Shown here: positions 47,601 to 53,785 of the stretch, one piece after another
How positions within the stretch are numbered: position 1 is the first letter of the stretch
How the letters are laid out: the number at the start of each line of letters is the position of its first letter
DNA from: a virus
Reading direction: 5' to 3' (one strand)
Virus record (IMG/VR): IMGVR_UViG_3300032291_002856
Coordinates: 4,079 to 68,078 of that record
DNA length: 64,000 nt
The notes under the pieces: model-generated
What the model saw: only the letters and a program-made list of their open reading frames with translations
What the model was told of the DNA's origin: nothing
The model's database searches: none
Made by a program: the position numbers and the translations under genes

Positions 47601-48712
47601 TAATCAACCCCTTCTTGGAAAAGTTGATCAGTTGCTGCCGACTCCATGTAACCTCGTGATATGTCTTGCCCTACACGTAAGTCTTCGTTAGTTCCTTTCC
47701 CTACTCGAATTCCAAGTCTGGTTTTAACAGAGTCTTTAAATTTTCCCCACGTATTGTGCAAAGACCTTCTTCTCGCTCTGCCAGAAGCCCGTTGTTCAGC
47801 ACCTGCTGTAAGAGAGTCTCCGAATCCTTCACCGTCGTCTCCAGAACCAGGCCTTTCAACATAGTTTACTTTGCCTCCATAACCCATTTCATTTTCAAAA
47901 CCAACGTCAGATAACTGACTTCTCTGAACAACCGGACGAGCAACTGCTTTTCTAACCATCTGTTTGACAGTTCCTAGAACCTGCCTAAACGACTGTATAT
48001 TGCCCATTCTCTTAGTTGCTTGTTGGCCCGCTGCCATGAAACCGTCACCAATATCCGCTACAACAGTAGTCAAAGCTTCTTCAAACGCATCGACTATCGC
48101 ACTCACCGGGCTTCCTGGTTTTATACTCTGAAGTAAACCGGCGCCTCGGTTACTTCCGGCAGCAGTTTGTTTTTGCGCAATTGAGCGGATTAACGCTCTC
48201 ATCTGAGATATTTCTGGCTTAGAAAGTGCGTTAACATCTGAAGTTTCTGTAAGAACGTTCGATCTTTTTGGAGAAGGCCCTTCTCCTTTGTAAAGCCCAA
48301 AAGTATTAGGAGTTGTTATACCATATTGTCCCGGCAAATCAGGTTCTTTTGCGGTTGACGATCTTGATCCTCTAGGAGCAGCTCCAGAAGGTCTTGCGGC
48401 AGTCGTGACAGCGTTTGCTTGCTTCGCTGCATTTGCTTCTTGCTGCATTAAAGCAATACGCTCTTTAATTAACTGATTAAGTCTTTCGTTTGAAGCTATC
48501 GCTTCTTCGACGTCCTCAACACGAATTTGGGCCTGTCGTTCTGATTTTCGACCTATAACTTCTCCGGTTTTGGAGTCTTTTACTGTAGGCTCTAAATCTT
48601 TAGTGTTAATTCCAACACTGTCTAAAAGTTTTTTAGCTTCTGGGACTGTCTGAATAATATCATTCAGCATAGTCAACAAGCTTTCTAACTTAGAAATATA
48701 GCTGTCTGACAT
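32660..48712 (-). CDS. giant (5350 aa) tape measure protein with SLOG-like, ASCH and thermonuclease domains
   Basis: Lies between the tail assembly chaperones and the distal tail gene. It has a TMP core (AAFDPAQGTEGAQIAIREFLSGNMSSLSRRFEI), a glycine-zipper hydrophobic segment and embedded IVSGGQTGTD, GIRTATTR and DGDT...RFLGIDAPE...KYGR motifs. Confidence 0.85.
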   Translation of the reverse strand: MSDSYISKLESLLTMLNDIIQTVPEAKKLLDSVGINTKDLEPTVKDSKTGEVIGRKSERQAQIRVEDVEEAIASNERLNQLIKERIALMQQEANAAKQANAVTTAARPSGAAPRGSRSSTAKEPDLPGQYGITTPNTFGLYKGEGPSPKRSNVLTETSDVNALSKPEISQMRALIRSIAQKQTAAGSNRGAGLLQSIKPGSPVSAIVDAFEEALTTVVADIGDGFMAAGQQATKRMGNIQSFRQVLGTVKQMVRKAVARPVVQRSQLSDVGFENEMGYGGKVNYVERPGSGDDGEGFGDSLTAGAEQRASGRARRRSLHNTWGKFKDSVKTRLGIRVGKGTNEDLRVGQDISRGYMESAATDQLFQEGVDYDITRTMDSILQNAIQDLRSGRVVSPTTNPAAAGTNLSSKIPRSIMAALSRFGPLVQGASTDTTARGAIGREGKSLGVFGGPTAQNAFAGIFAAFLAEKLQASSGASTQDQIRMLRGLNVKEIFQNLFTPDGVTRKESETSLAGILHQRVKDDLEKRVKRAEEEYAVAGTPESRKEAGKALAAARAEQRAYAKLDEKPTVVQVGPSTTRGLVSVSTGGSYPRRTERNAAAAPVTLSYAADHATPGERKTASAVKAAGGVLVSDEGQSNEQIAARLVESLKATSATSLNVSGNAMPAWKKAGVSQDQVNRNVYDILKIVKAQYPQLSTIVSGGQTGTDIAGSVAAAALGLNADVHMPDGYLQRDENDKDVRNTPQDIENYIQKQALALNPNLGRSRPTDATMPMKYSMAQSQLREDLKARYLTGTTTSQLVEQGIRTATTRAGGGYKPGQIIEIPELPGSRYRVTSVSKPDFSTPEGIAAWEAKEGWSFKDLPDRIKRQVTNPRARQISFEPYKEEDVPAGPSSVVIQPTRPVPADMIANPKASITGIENDPEEMITRVAGYGFGRDSFRDMVTNVRPVANRALNYLRRLGRADMPVLFDSPTPLQVIAQNNREGLPLDDGLESQLKVDEEIKQNKYKFTDSILAGFGLIGGSSKYQNFTQGLQTARNITDKDGKVDPRKARELPSPLSQLKNFFSSIQLLEQAEYSGFPILDYANAYDPKNPNRALALEMEAASPMLSKLSKRMLARVRTLSRSKEFKSTDSFGQFSMLSKLLRPVLVPALAEGGEDVPSVDTLVSAPDALRQNLPILHTSGGMADRIARVMGTTDHLENSRNQASTVSPISMAKTLRFRISSLAKAILGRMPSPAYNDSVVQRHKREGIVDTGVREDLSISDKLAEQQQADRDFTLEERPGEFTYRSGTYSAGEHVNLEEQREEIDRILRAPEKSLTTAELIRRSQYQAEIAAGLDPLRHLQSGNRQDNAVNYDPAAAMVTASDKPRDRSDRSPLDKLIAKFQKFQGDNKGLKQLLATAIGDPKAREKALKLIGGVTPGMANMLRYTDFGDTASVESYLKAAAKDPKNRAMAEQISTFMADTKGHKYLENPAIAEMFNVATRDRPNEAVVEARQQAKEEDVPLARRLGPIIGKLRILQKLKDFGRQSSRDPSLGDAKFLSDMQAIFSVLAPEQTEQFRKMDTKNPEHVQSLTTTNAGRDLVRQMRAVAQGLYLRHMRHPRAADVEPREEITKLTENTPYKNVEFFVGSATENAQLLKRDTAVAEAKDKSQEDPKELFLERLGEEDRNAAIAARDKENADRIAEVNAALDRKEFKEATEGKRRRYFGSNSEANQRRRDKIFKRLTRRVRPLAWWEAAKPVKRTKRQINALYRNSPEYLEAKQREKDAKQEAREAENMPVPEVSYGINPSVARGIPDFIKEFQEFDEPKVQSEVKDLEIMREQERERQLLEIDKKREAERLADQENGQKAVDKNRRQRRKEINAALDSKPKKRSKRQRKKILDRLTRNIRTYEQEDFGRDEKGNPLFFTEQERNVYAPLPGDEANNQKLMDRLRKYYAERNVDAKYPIPARLIDAWLERENPPRGIDTAMRAQYGDPTRPEYINKYGSLFGGAGIDPGVASIPKSDPKAERNTEERRETAKRLWEARQRRRYAIDKQITIREVEAEGITDPAQKLAIADERVKRSEFATLSQIIARGRQRIKETQERAAARENEANAATLPIVEKVQNRLFMEASGRFLLPAPDPNKPEEEYTKTAEQLAAEEPARQSAETVRRREAEAKRRSEAAQRGLVTRRRNIRRKQIQAVYTNYDAGAVVPPSTPEGIQLEDQRQKKIDEDRINRRKAASIESKRRRAETDAKIAEREQKAYMSDAAVARRARVAEERGARREEEADIGIANIVGLKREQEYQDQLGPIRNATDAANRAEDANNRRLRERRRSAAARFHRIHADYEAGKGDRPRRQFNLPGPVPDTDPLRRPLSYVGQDNPLSEFQLFRQRVSAGYRRFTNEGVDVGQMPLFQTTEREQPATIAEERELRRQQIAENEQRTRIRIAEKIGEDREAEADAKIAAIRRSIREDNLDSALRPVQDENAKRQNDQRIANERLRRRKAKSIESKRRQPQTNARVAAREEKQYMSNPAVARRAKIAEERRDKREQEAESQIRSIREVTRRREDAAIREEEFEGRLKYIRGLTFDARTASKQGASYQVPTYERQTPEIDNPAYLAAVEAAREKVNKATGLTESQKDAFLQKLIGKITVPKQSAPPISGFSKFKESTSKFFKDLLTGGVDEGSGTSTWRMFPDVGTGKNVLVRDTPRIARKRNESAERLADRSFITDAKIAAREAKQKAAKAAKPVKMVETDNPEYLAAVAEAKERVEKIAGRISPERKEAYLQNLLDRIAVPAKLTVPATEAISERERQIIDKHVEKYAAARVPRKQRQSVESKKRRPETDLAVAERERKAKEKGEALATVEVDNPAYLAAVQEAKERLNRIKGLTDEDKKEAYLQKLISKITIPAKIMARREKPISAAEQKRIDDYDAQLAASRESRRKTKSVESKIRQPETEARVAERERRQYYKVHPEAMFADTSRAVMENPALVARRKEIDRRLDERAARTGRPVSDAMRKRAYSLLSKEENPEYAKAVKSVTDWMDSKSITDPEERAMLLARVNVPRQRDIPRTVQTPKGYRLDRQPKDYINLAELRNYSPESDPGAGMRMATDIVETAIQKKLFSDMGPMTAEETASRQARAQKIRDRLLKNKRPYNPEWQKAQRRDEIEELLTYPEEILSDAQRAEKSKLLARFEKGEDIYAVDSGKGSKGSGSGSGGSGGGGGGGGSPPSDDEDGGEEGGRRRGGRKTGRRREGSGTTVTATGSPVNITANTVTATGSPVNIVAAGLAVSGSGSATGAHAAPASGASGVSGTALHAAVVAAASAPSTTPASIVAGRTLVGIGPFGPIYKTGSATTGTAATTPAAGAGAGFFGMFPGLAIPGAGGGFGGGGGGGLPFGVGGEFGEGGARNFGADRLLAVQQLRAARNAYEQNMGSLGGAGVGVSKRELTGIAQTTTKSIIDNNDSFKELLQTANKGGYGQEADDIQAIFSSLDAPGKNIADLATDLSRLQNALVALDKAAEATQNDTTKTSEEIERAAKVRAAAAKVGVLAGFAGEEQDRAAKDVEKETNRRLSALREGLQANTTQQSLFGYTFGQDITRRGLLKGYANEITGGKGGLLYNSLAGNLQAYGVNFLGKEVRRDLRTASAADLAYTQKKLSGGDSEYQRRIDATNAALDKKGITDVNRRQRILNRVTREADRGPGVDLTTAELTAMQKTLNEEKSARNQSTLASRFSHFTQKAQQINYWATAAFNAPTAIMDAIDQAVRPALNAEKTMISARTLALSPETYGNAMQAALTQQKLFGGTLTKNIGQVTGFIPLANSYGVDINKTFNVARKLAAFDPAQGTEGAQIAIREFLSGNMSSLSRRFEISRSALSNIKQGDATEMLDSLDALLSGMGLTDRLIEDQAASMATKYDKMLGRLEAAQLSFSKIAVGALEPILNYFVGEDSTMAETSRRDTTDTVLKERVAKRGDSVLTQAAHGRKVIKDLDLNSATFMQDLDAMLANANEAMVKENKLIEESTGQNVNATLYKRLNQMTPEEQDSFKADVRAKMLTGITQESAIRQTISEQTDYAGYQQFVTSRVQLGSLNTTPEMLKDQLDDANKALINKDDQEILVKNLEVLDGDTFNMNLEDGLEVRGRFLGIDAPEKGSAEGLAVKKEIEAIKADPNKEIRIFGGYGEDAKYGRPLVRALVRDKETGEEYDLAAKLLAEGKVEYNDFGGYDNLTAEGKAALDRYRALGQSAADQGIGAVNQFAASMGYGATLQPTQQAIDAVFTKKYGMNGSNIAGLLPSIILGAGAGAAIGTIAGPYGIAGGALIGGAYGAYKGMSLNRAAFDSDTSVEQRQEILKETEVQMKREDLETLYAPQIRRTMVEQAAEKYNNEMLKNAPARAKNPENLVNNQDIEDIIAGTFDRKEIIKFTGQFGAQLEEEIAAATTEFSKTYYGAQQMYMDQLSTNASTLTETQQTALAMRVPSLDDPSKTVSLTERTAQALARQSMGKLKGDQAIAAGEVFYGPETAKTANESILTYNVIADKRTIEAIDFLAKKGELIEVPTGETLLKSVPVINPETGVQELDPLTLRPKVKVEAVPQTELRPTTHQEVVRALKENDTAYINAAIAQASLPENQNRSTYFEESKKYSDALMDESTKLRESLYVGLTSNAALLSFTGLGKTMAEMYIPPKMPSSVNTGTAGEAETTIPEYSDVDKALAFVSGFEIDASDSGNEAAIEQLRTTTQQNIDKLKNSAQAFEQLASSAYSFDVQFKSTFRNFTDAIAAAGDNARTIMMNMGQGNPRFAIDNLMQLTGIDFKQLAMQYQILPGMQTRPSTNGQTTTYGYTQGPRGTLSFVEDFMRNPDFMSQFKESELLQVYNMATGASTQLAQRGMQQNWQMQDMARQNARSIEDINRSGMNSLIGIHRGYVNQMMVLASQAEVNKRMSEATTQEAINVAELPEDQRQAINAKDKEERAQVEHLAQFNIKGYLETKTGKADTEMQDLFKELETKGPANSDEYEEFWKTKIIPARNIRKEAALARSKDKSLSPEERTAAENEFIELNDNPDRALKGYQWVDDRTRERIRRASGIKQQEKNLEGLRLQRSGLVLSGQKLQEDMKKASGDPVAQQAIGQSIAENEKALRDNKDAMDAATRTINALRDLQDDWFEGSDQQWKQLLIGVESASAGAKRSIEDLAISMKTQYEEAYIKFEQSRTDMVTSFARAATEIAAQVPLSIAPGLNAIMELSTSNAAATIAYNSGVEVEDASGKKIAGPEAAMTIAMDGAMRAAKMLYPDEKGDRYTKFMEAVAASARSNFTSNPKDPNNPNGGLPSGLDLYKGTYDGKDGLRVIVLNDGKIVVSSTPETSASGVVVP

Positions 48713-48721
48713 GTATTACAC

Positions 48722-49120
48722 CTACATAAACATTTCAAAGATTGCAGCTTCTTTTTTAAGATCTGCATCTTCTTGTTCTTTTATTTTCTTTAATTTTCTA
48801 CGAATACTAGCATCAACAGCGTGTTGTTTCGCGCTGACTAAAGCGTTCATTTCTAAATGCGTTAAACGCCCTATCTTTTGGGCGTTTAACGCGGTCATCT
48901 GATGGTCAACTAGAAAATGATCAATCCACATTCCTAGTTCTTGATGACTGTTATTGCAAGTCTTAATCAGATGATGAATCCCCTCCAGACGGCTCAGGCT
49001 CACGTAAGGCGTTGTCCTTGTTGAGTGCCTCGATGTATTTATCGAAAGCATCCTTCGATACTTTTCCAAGCGTCCAAATGTTTTCTGCAAGCTCACGGAC
49101 AACCTCCCCATTCGCGTCAA
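48722..49120 (-). CDS. putative second tail assembly chaperone ORF (GT-like position), start uncertain
   Basis: Overlaps the upstream chaperone in the +1 frame and ends just before the TMP start. An internal Met lies near 48930. Confidence 0.5.
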   Translation of the reverse strand: MTRMGRLSVSLQKTFGRLEKYRRMLSINTSRHSTRTTPYVSLSRLEGIHHLIKTCNNSHQELGMWIDHFLVDHQMTALNAQKIGRLTHLEMNALVSAKQHAVDASIRRKLKKIKEQEDADLKKEAAIFEMFM

Positions 49121-49385
49121 GTAATTTTTTCGCCTGAGCCGAGTTCAATTTTGGGCGAATTAATCCTTCAACAATTGTGTTTATTGTAAACTCAATTGTA
49201 TCAGTTTCCCCTGATTTTTGCGAAAGCGTGTTGATCTTCTCCATCTGAGCATAGCTCAGAGCACGAATTCTCAACCGTTTCTTCAAACCCTTGATTGTGA
49301 GGTCTACTTCAAGAAGCGAATCATCAGTGAGTAAGTCATCGACATTCTCGTAATATTCCCCAGAACCAAATGCGTAATCTAGCAT
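48963..49385 (-). CDS. tail assembly chaperone
   Basis: Between the tail tube and TMP genes. RLRIRALS motif and AAGGAG RBS. Confidence 0.7.
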   Translation of the reverse strand: MLDYAFGSGEYYENVDDLLTDDSLLEVDLTIKGLKKRLRIRALSYAQMEKINTLSQKSGETDTIEFTINTIVEGLIRPKLNSAQAKKLLDANGEVVRELAENIWTLGKVSKDAFDKYIEALNKDNALREPEPSGGDSSSD

Positions 49386-49402
49386 AACAGTCTCCTTTAA
49401 AT

Positions 49403-49445
49403 AAAAAAATAAACCCTCTCCGATAACATTTTATCAGAGAGGGTT
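49403..49445 (-). terminator. terminator after the major tail tube gene
   Basis: AACCCTCTC...GAGAGGGTT stem followed by a T-run on the - strand. Confidence 0.7.
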
Positions 49446-49482
49446 GCATTTGACAAGCACTTACAATTAATTATTAAGCGTC

Positions 49483-49920
49483 TTAGTCGGTGTAGTCGCT
49501 GCCAGTTGAGGTGTCGACTGTGAAGCCACCATTGTCCATGAAGTCGAACGATACAGTCACCTGATCGTTTGCGGCGTTCGTGAGCTGGTAACCAGTCAAG
49601 ATAGCTGAAGGAATGACCATGGTGTAGCCGCCCTTCGAAACAAGCTTAACGCCGATGTATTCACCGGAGTTTGAGATGTTGATCAAACGAGTGTGAGTCG
49701 TCTGCTGGTCGATCGGAAGCGTTACTTGAAACGAACCGTTAACACGCTTCGTGGTGGTGAACGTGTACATCTTACCGTTGTCGTTTAAGAAAGGACCGGC
49801 GTCGACCTGTTGGGTCTGCAAAGAAGCCTGCCACTGTGAAACAAACTTAACGTTGTCGTAGGCAGTGCCTGCGGCATTCTTAATCTTTAAATAACCCTCA
49901 ATACCTTTAACAATTGCCAT
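49483..49920 (-). CDS. major tail tube protein
   Basis: MAIVKGIEG...QWQASL...VTVSFDF, with a strong C-ending codon bias like the capsid gene. Confidence 0.75.
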   Translation of the reverse strand: MAIVKGIEGYLKIKNAAGTAYDNVKFVSQWQASLQTQQVDAGPFLNDNGKMYTFTTTKRVNGSFQVTLPIDQQTTHTRLINISNSGEYIGVKLVSKGGYTMVIPSAILTGYQLTNAANDQVTVSFDFMDNGGFTVDTSTGSDYTD

Positions 49921-49933
49921 TGAAGTAGTTCTC

Positions 49934-50350
49934 CTAATTTAGATTTGGTATTACTATAAATCCGGCGTAGTCGTAGAAGTCAAACGAGATTGTGACTCGG
50001 TCGTTTGCCGCGTTTGTCAACTGATAACCGGACAGAAGAGCAGAGGGGATGATCATCTGATATCCACCTTTGCTTTTTAACTTGAGCTCGAAATATATCC
50101 CGCTGTTCGACAAGTTTATTAACTTGGTATGAACATTGGAACTTGAAGATTCTTGCGTAATCTGAAATGATCCCTGAACTCGTCGGCTAGTAGTAAAAGA
50201 ATACATTTTGCCGTTGTCGTTTAAAAAGGGACCAGCGTCCACTTGTTGCGTTTGCAGTGACGCTTGCCACTGCTCAGCAAAAGGAACTTCTTCTTCGCCT
50301 AAATCGTGTTTTATAATAATCTGGCCTTCTACGCCTTTAACAATACTCAT
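49934..50350 (-). CDS. tail tube protein paralog
   Basis: Shares QWQASLQTQQVDAGPFLNDNGKMY and GYQLTNAAND with the adjacent gene. Confidence 0.75.
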   Translation of the reverse strand: MSIVKGVEGQIIIKHDLGEEEVPFAEQWQASLQTQQVDAGPFLNDNGKMYSFTTSRRVQGSFQITQESSSSNVHTKLINLSNSGIYFELKLKSKGGYQMIIPSALLSGYQLTNAANDRVTISFDFYDYAGFIVIPNLN

Positions 50351-50353
50351 TGC

Positions 50354-50782
50354 TCACCTCGGAGTGATGAACGTTTCAAATCCTACTGCCGCTGTGTAGA
50401 CAGCGGTTGTGTTTATTCTTTCAACTGGGAACGAGTAAGTTTTGTAAGGATAGAATTGCACATCGTACGGTATAGCAATATTAGCTATACCCGTTACAAG
50501 AATTGGATCAGAAAAGTTATTAACAAGTTCTCCTAACGAGTCTGCCGCACCGGCCAAACTATTAGAGATAGACCGCATAGTAACTATTCCTTTCCAAGCA
50601 GTCATGTTGAGCATGTTATAGCTGACGCCTAAACTACTGTCGCTCTGGTAAACCAGGTACGGGTACAGTGCTTCTGACGGAGCCACGTTAAAAAATACTC
50701 TTCCTGCGTATTGCCCAGAAATCTGAACAATTGCTCGTGCGATGATTCTCCATATATTCGGATAAAGCGCGTTAACTATCAT
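50354..50782 (-). CDS. tail terminator / completion protein (DUF3168-like)
   Basis: GRVFFNVAPSEALYPYLVY motif, directly before the tube genes. Confidence 0.7.
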   Translation of the reverse strand: MIVNALYPNIWRIIARAIVQISGQYAGRVFFNVAPSEALYPYLVYQSDSSLGVSYNMLNMTAWKGIVTMRSISNSLAGAADSLGELVNNFSDPILVTGIANIAIPYDVQFYPYKTYSFPVERINTTAVYTAAVGFETFITPR

Positions 50783-50796
50783 TTTGTTCCTTGTTA

Positions 50797-51381
50797 CTAT
50801 TTCAAAATGCTACCAATTTGCTGATTGACGACTTTTTTAACACTCGCCTCAAGCTCTGCATCGGTAAGCTGTTGAAATTTTTTTTGAACCTGCTGAACAA
50901 GTTCTTTCATCATTCCCTTTACTTCAGAAAGCGTTGCTTTTTTTGTTGAATTATCGACCGCTTGTTCAATAATAACTTTTAAACTAGGTCCGTCAATTTT
51001 GCCAGACTTTATGATTAAACTGATTTCATTCGACATTTTATATAACTGCAGAATTGAATCGTCAATAAGCGCCGCTTTTAGCGGGTTCTGCACTGTGTCC
51101 TGATCAACCAGTTCTTCTCCAGTATCTTGCTTGACTTGCTGATTTATATTTTTAAACGTGTTCAATCGGTCATTAAATTTTTTGTTTTCTGATCTTTCTG
51201 ATTGTTTATTGCGGCGATCAGTCATTCTGATTTCTTCTTCAGGACTAACGTCGTTAAGGGAGAACAAATACTCTTCCACATTTTTTAAAACTGTGTGTTC
51301 TACAATTTTGCCTAAATGCTTAGGAATGGAATTGTACTCTTCTTTGTATCTTTGAATCTTCTTTATAAGCTCTTGAATCAT
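50797..51381 (-). CDS. hypothetical neck-region protein
   Basis: 194-aa ORF between the head closure and tail terminator genes. Confidence 0.5.
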   Translation of the reverse strand: MIQELIKKIQRYKEEYNSIPKHLGKIVEHTVLKNVEEYLFSLNDVSPEEEIRMTDRRNKQSERSENKKFNDRLNTFKNINQQVKQDTGEELVDQDTVQNPLKAALIDDSILQLYKMSNEISLIIKSGKIDGPSLKVIIEQAVDNSTKKATLSEVKGMMKELVQQVQKKFQQLTDAELEASVKKVVNQQIGSILK

Positions 51382-51752
51382 TTCTGTCGCTCGACTGAGA
51401 TGATAAACGCCCCCATAAGCGAATGCTTGATGGGGACGTCTACTATATCGTATACAACGCTGTCAAATACTAACTTGTCTTTAGTCGCCACTTCAACGCT
51501 AAACGGAAGTTGGATTTTCGTGGTTTGCTGATTTTTTAAAATCTGCACATCCTCATCTTGATTCGTAAAGGACGATAGTGTTTTTCCTGACTTGTTAATT
51601 ATGCGGCATTTTATATTTGTCTGCTCGGTGAACTGCTCTGTGTACTCACCGTCAATTGTTGAATATCCGGTAAATACTCTGAGTGTGCAACTGTCGAGCA
51701 TAAACGATTCAGCTTGCTGACGTATGTAAAGAGCTGAACTAATCAGTGTCAT
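51378..51752 (-). CDS. head closure / stopper protein
   Basis: MLDSCTL...IKCRI...IQLPFSVEVATKDKLVFDSVVYDIV. The likely start is 51752. Confidence 0.65.
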   Translation of the reverse strand: MTLISSALYIRQQAESFMLDSCTLRVFTGYSTIDGEYTEQFTEQTNIKCRIINKSGKTLSSFTNQDEDVQILKNQQTTKIQLPFSVEVATKDKLVFDSVVYDIVDVPIKHSLMGAFIISVERQK

Positions 51753-52248
51753 CCTGTGCCGCCTTAATTCGAGCGTCAATCGCTTGAATCTTTTTAATCG
51801 GTTTGTTTTGGTTAACAGCTGCTTCGCGTACGCGCTGCAAAGTTGATAGAGCGGTAAGGGAGTAAAGGCGCTTGTTAAATTCAGTCATTGACTTCAATTC
51901 AACAATTTCATTAATTTCTTCGTCAGTTAAGAAGTTTGTAAGATCAGGTTGTAGATCAGCTTCGTTATACTCCTTAAGTAGTCCATTGACAAACAAACTT
52001 TTGTTCATTCGTTTGAACAGCTTGTCTTCTAACTCTGAATAAAGTTCAATAACTTCGTCTTCGTAAACAAACGCGGAGCGTCTTTTTGTGTCAAAGTCAA
52101 AACTTTCTTCTTGTGTTGAAAGAGTCCACCCGACATTTTTTGAACTATCGTGAGGGTCTACACGGTCTCCAGCAACAATGTGAACTGGGACTTTTGCGTA
52201 CCGCTTGTAAATTGTCTCAAACGCTGGGTAAATATTGTTCTTAGCCAT
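51739..52248 (-). CDS. hypothetical protein after the capsid gene
   Basis: 169-aa ORF with an AAGGA RBS. Confidence 0.6.
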   Translation of the reverse strand: MAKNNIYPAFETIYKRYAKVPVHIVAGDRVDPHDSSKNVGWTLSTQEESFDFDTKRRSAFVYEDEVIELYSELEDKLFKRMNKSLFVNGLLKEYNEADLQPDLTNFLTDEEINEIVELKSMTEFNKRLYSLTALSTLQRVREAAVNQNKPIKKIQAIDARIKAAQDDTD

Positions 52249-52268
52249 ATCTTTTTCCTTTATTAGTA

Positions 52269-53213
52269 TTAAACTACCTTAATAACGCCAATGTTTTCTG
52301 GCATGTCGACCACAAGGCCGTACTTCTGCCATGCGTGCAGTACATAGTCCGCAGGCTGAATCGTGGTATCAGTGTGCTCTTGATATTCGACGCCACCGTA
52401 AAGAAGAATTTCGCCAGCGTTCTGACCGATAACCAGAATCTGATTTTCGGGAAGAAGCGGTTCACGAGGCGTTGGCAGTTGATTACGAAATACTTGAGGC
52501 GTTTCGATAATAGGAATGCCTTTGTAAGTCGTAACTCTATTAGTATTCAAAAATTCAATAAGCTTTTCAGGAACTGGATACGCAATGTTGCTGCCGCCGC
52601 CAATATAGGAGTATTCGCGGAAACCGGAAAACTCATAAATAGGGCGAATTGCACGACGAACGCCGACAATGGCTTTAACGTCACCAGCAGTGTACATCAC
52701 ATTCTCAATAAGCTGATCAAGCTCAGTGTACTTAATTTTGTTAGTCTCGACATAGTGCGAAGGGGTGGCCGCGGTTGTCCAAGTCGAGGTAAGCAAGTTG
52801 AACACGCGTGCAACCAGCGTCTCGATGATGTCGTTCTGCAGTTGCTTTCTCATCATGTCTACCGTGATGTGAGAGCCCTCCTGAACATTCATCAAGGATT
52901 CGCGAACACCGCCAATCAATTGATCGAAGACAAAGCTGTGGAAGTCGCTAACAGTTGTTGGCTGACTGACCAAGTGCTGCGTGCCTGCGACCATTGACTG
53001 GACTGAGTACTTACCGCGACGCAGTCTTCGAATGGTCGGATCACCGACATTAACCTGCCGAGTAGGCATAAAAGCGTTAAAAATATCAAGACTGAGGAAT
53101 TCTGGCTCAATCAACTGTACCAACATTTCAGCAAACGCTGATTTACCACCTGGAGTAGTTCCTGCCGTTTTGGCAAGTTCAGCTACACTTTTCAAAAGTT
53201 CTTTCTTATCCAT
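52269..53213 (-). CDS. major capsid protein (HK97-like)
   Basis: 314 aa with strong codon bias, downstream of the protease/scaffold and decoration genes. YKGIPII and C-terminal YGLVVDMPENIGVIKV. Confidence 0.8.
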   Translation of the reverse strand: MDKKELLKSVAELAKTAGTTPGGKSAFAEMLVQLIEPEFLSLDIFNAFMPTRQVNVGDPTIRRLRRGKYSVQSMVAGTQHLVSQPTTVSDFHSFVFDQLIGGVRESLMNVQEGSHITVDMMRKQLQNDIIETLVARVFNLLTSTWTTAATPSHYVETNKIKYTELDQLIENVMYTAGDVKAIVGVRRAIRPIYEFSGFREYSYIGGGSNIAYPVPEKLIEFLNTNRVTTYKGIPIIETPQVFRNQLPTPREPLLPENQILVIGQNAGEILLYGGVEYQEHTDTTIQPADYVLHAWQKYGLVVDMPENIGVIKVV

Positions 53214-53222
53214 TATTTACTC

Positions 53223-53753
53223 CTAGTGCATTATGATGTACAGCATGTCGGTATCTGGCTGATAACGATCAACTGTAGCAATCTTATAAGAATCGTTAGT
53301 GGTGTAGGTGAGCAAGCCGGAAGCACCGACAGCGACACCTGCGCCGGGTACCTTAATATCAGCCGAGCTGACAAAACAATCTGCAGTAATGCCGACCTTG
53401 CCGTGATGGAGAGCAACAAGCTCACCGCTGTACATGATAGGCTGGCGCCACATGGAACGAGGGACTAAGTACATCTTCTTTTCCAGAATCGGGTCGCCGT
53501 AAAGATTACCGTTATTCAGATTGTAACTCTGAGTACGAGGAGCCGTGTACCAATCGGCATACGTTGGACGAGGGAAAGAATCAGGCGGGAAGAAAGCAAT
53601 GAAAACGCCATAACGTGTGTTTGCTGATGCATACGTCACATTTGGCAAATCGTTGCGAACTCCCGAAGCGCCGACCACAACGGCACGCCCTTCCATAATT
53701 TCGGAAGCGGCGACACCTTGGCGGCTGTACTGTGTAGTTACGATAACTGCCAT
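53223..53753 (-). CDS. putative capsid decoration/cement protein
   Basis: 176 aa with high-expression codon bias, directly before the MCP. IMEGRAVV motif. Confidence 0.6.
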   Translation of the reverse strand: MAVIVTTQYSRQGVAASEIMEGRAVVVGASGVRNDLPNVTYASANTRYGVFIAFFPPDSFPRPTYADWYTAPRTQSYNLNNGNLYGDPILEKKMYLVPRSMWRQPIMYSGELVALHHGKVGITADCFVSSADIKVPGAGVAVGASGLLTYTTNDSYKIATVDRYQPDTDMLYIIMH

Positions 53754-53785
53754 TTAATTATCCTCTTTTAAATTTAGACTGTAGT

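Noticed and set aside
33186-47864. Many short antisense or alternative-frame ORFs within the giant TMP gene
   Set aside because: They are Ser/Leu/Phe-rich shadows of the R/E/K-rich coding strand, with no independent signals.
52335-52997. 220-aa + strand ORF antisense to the major capsid gene
   Set aside because: Best explained as a shadow ORF of the strongly biased capsid codons. It has no RBS and no recognisable motif.
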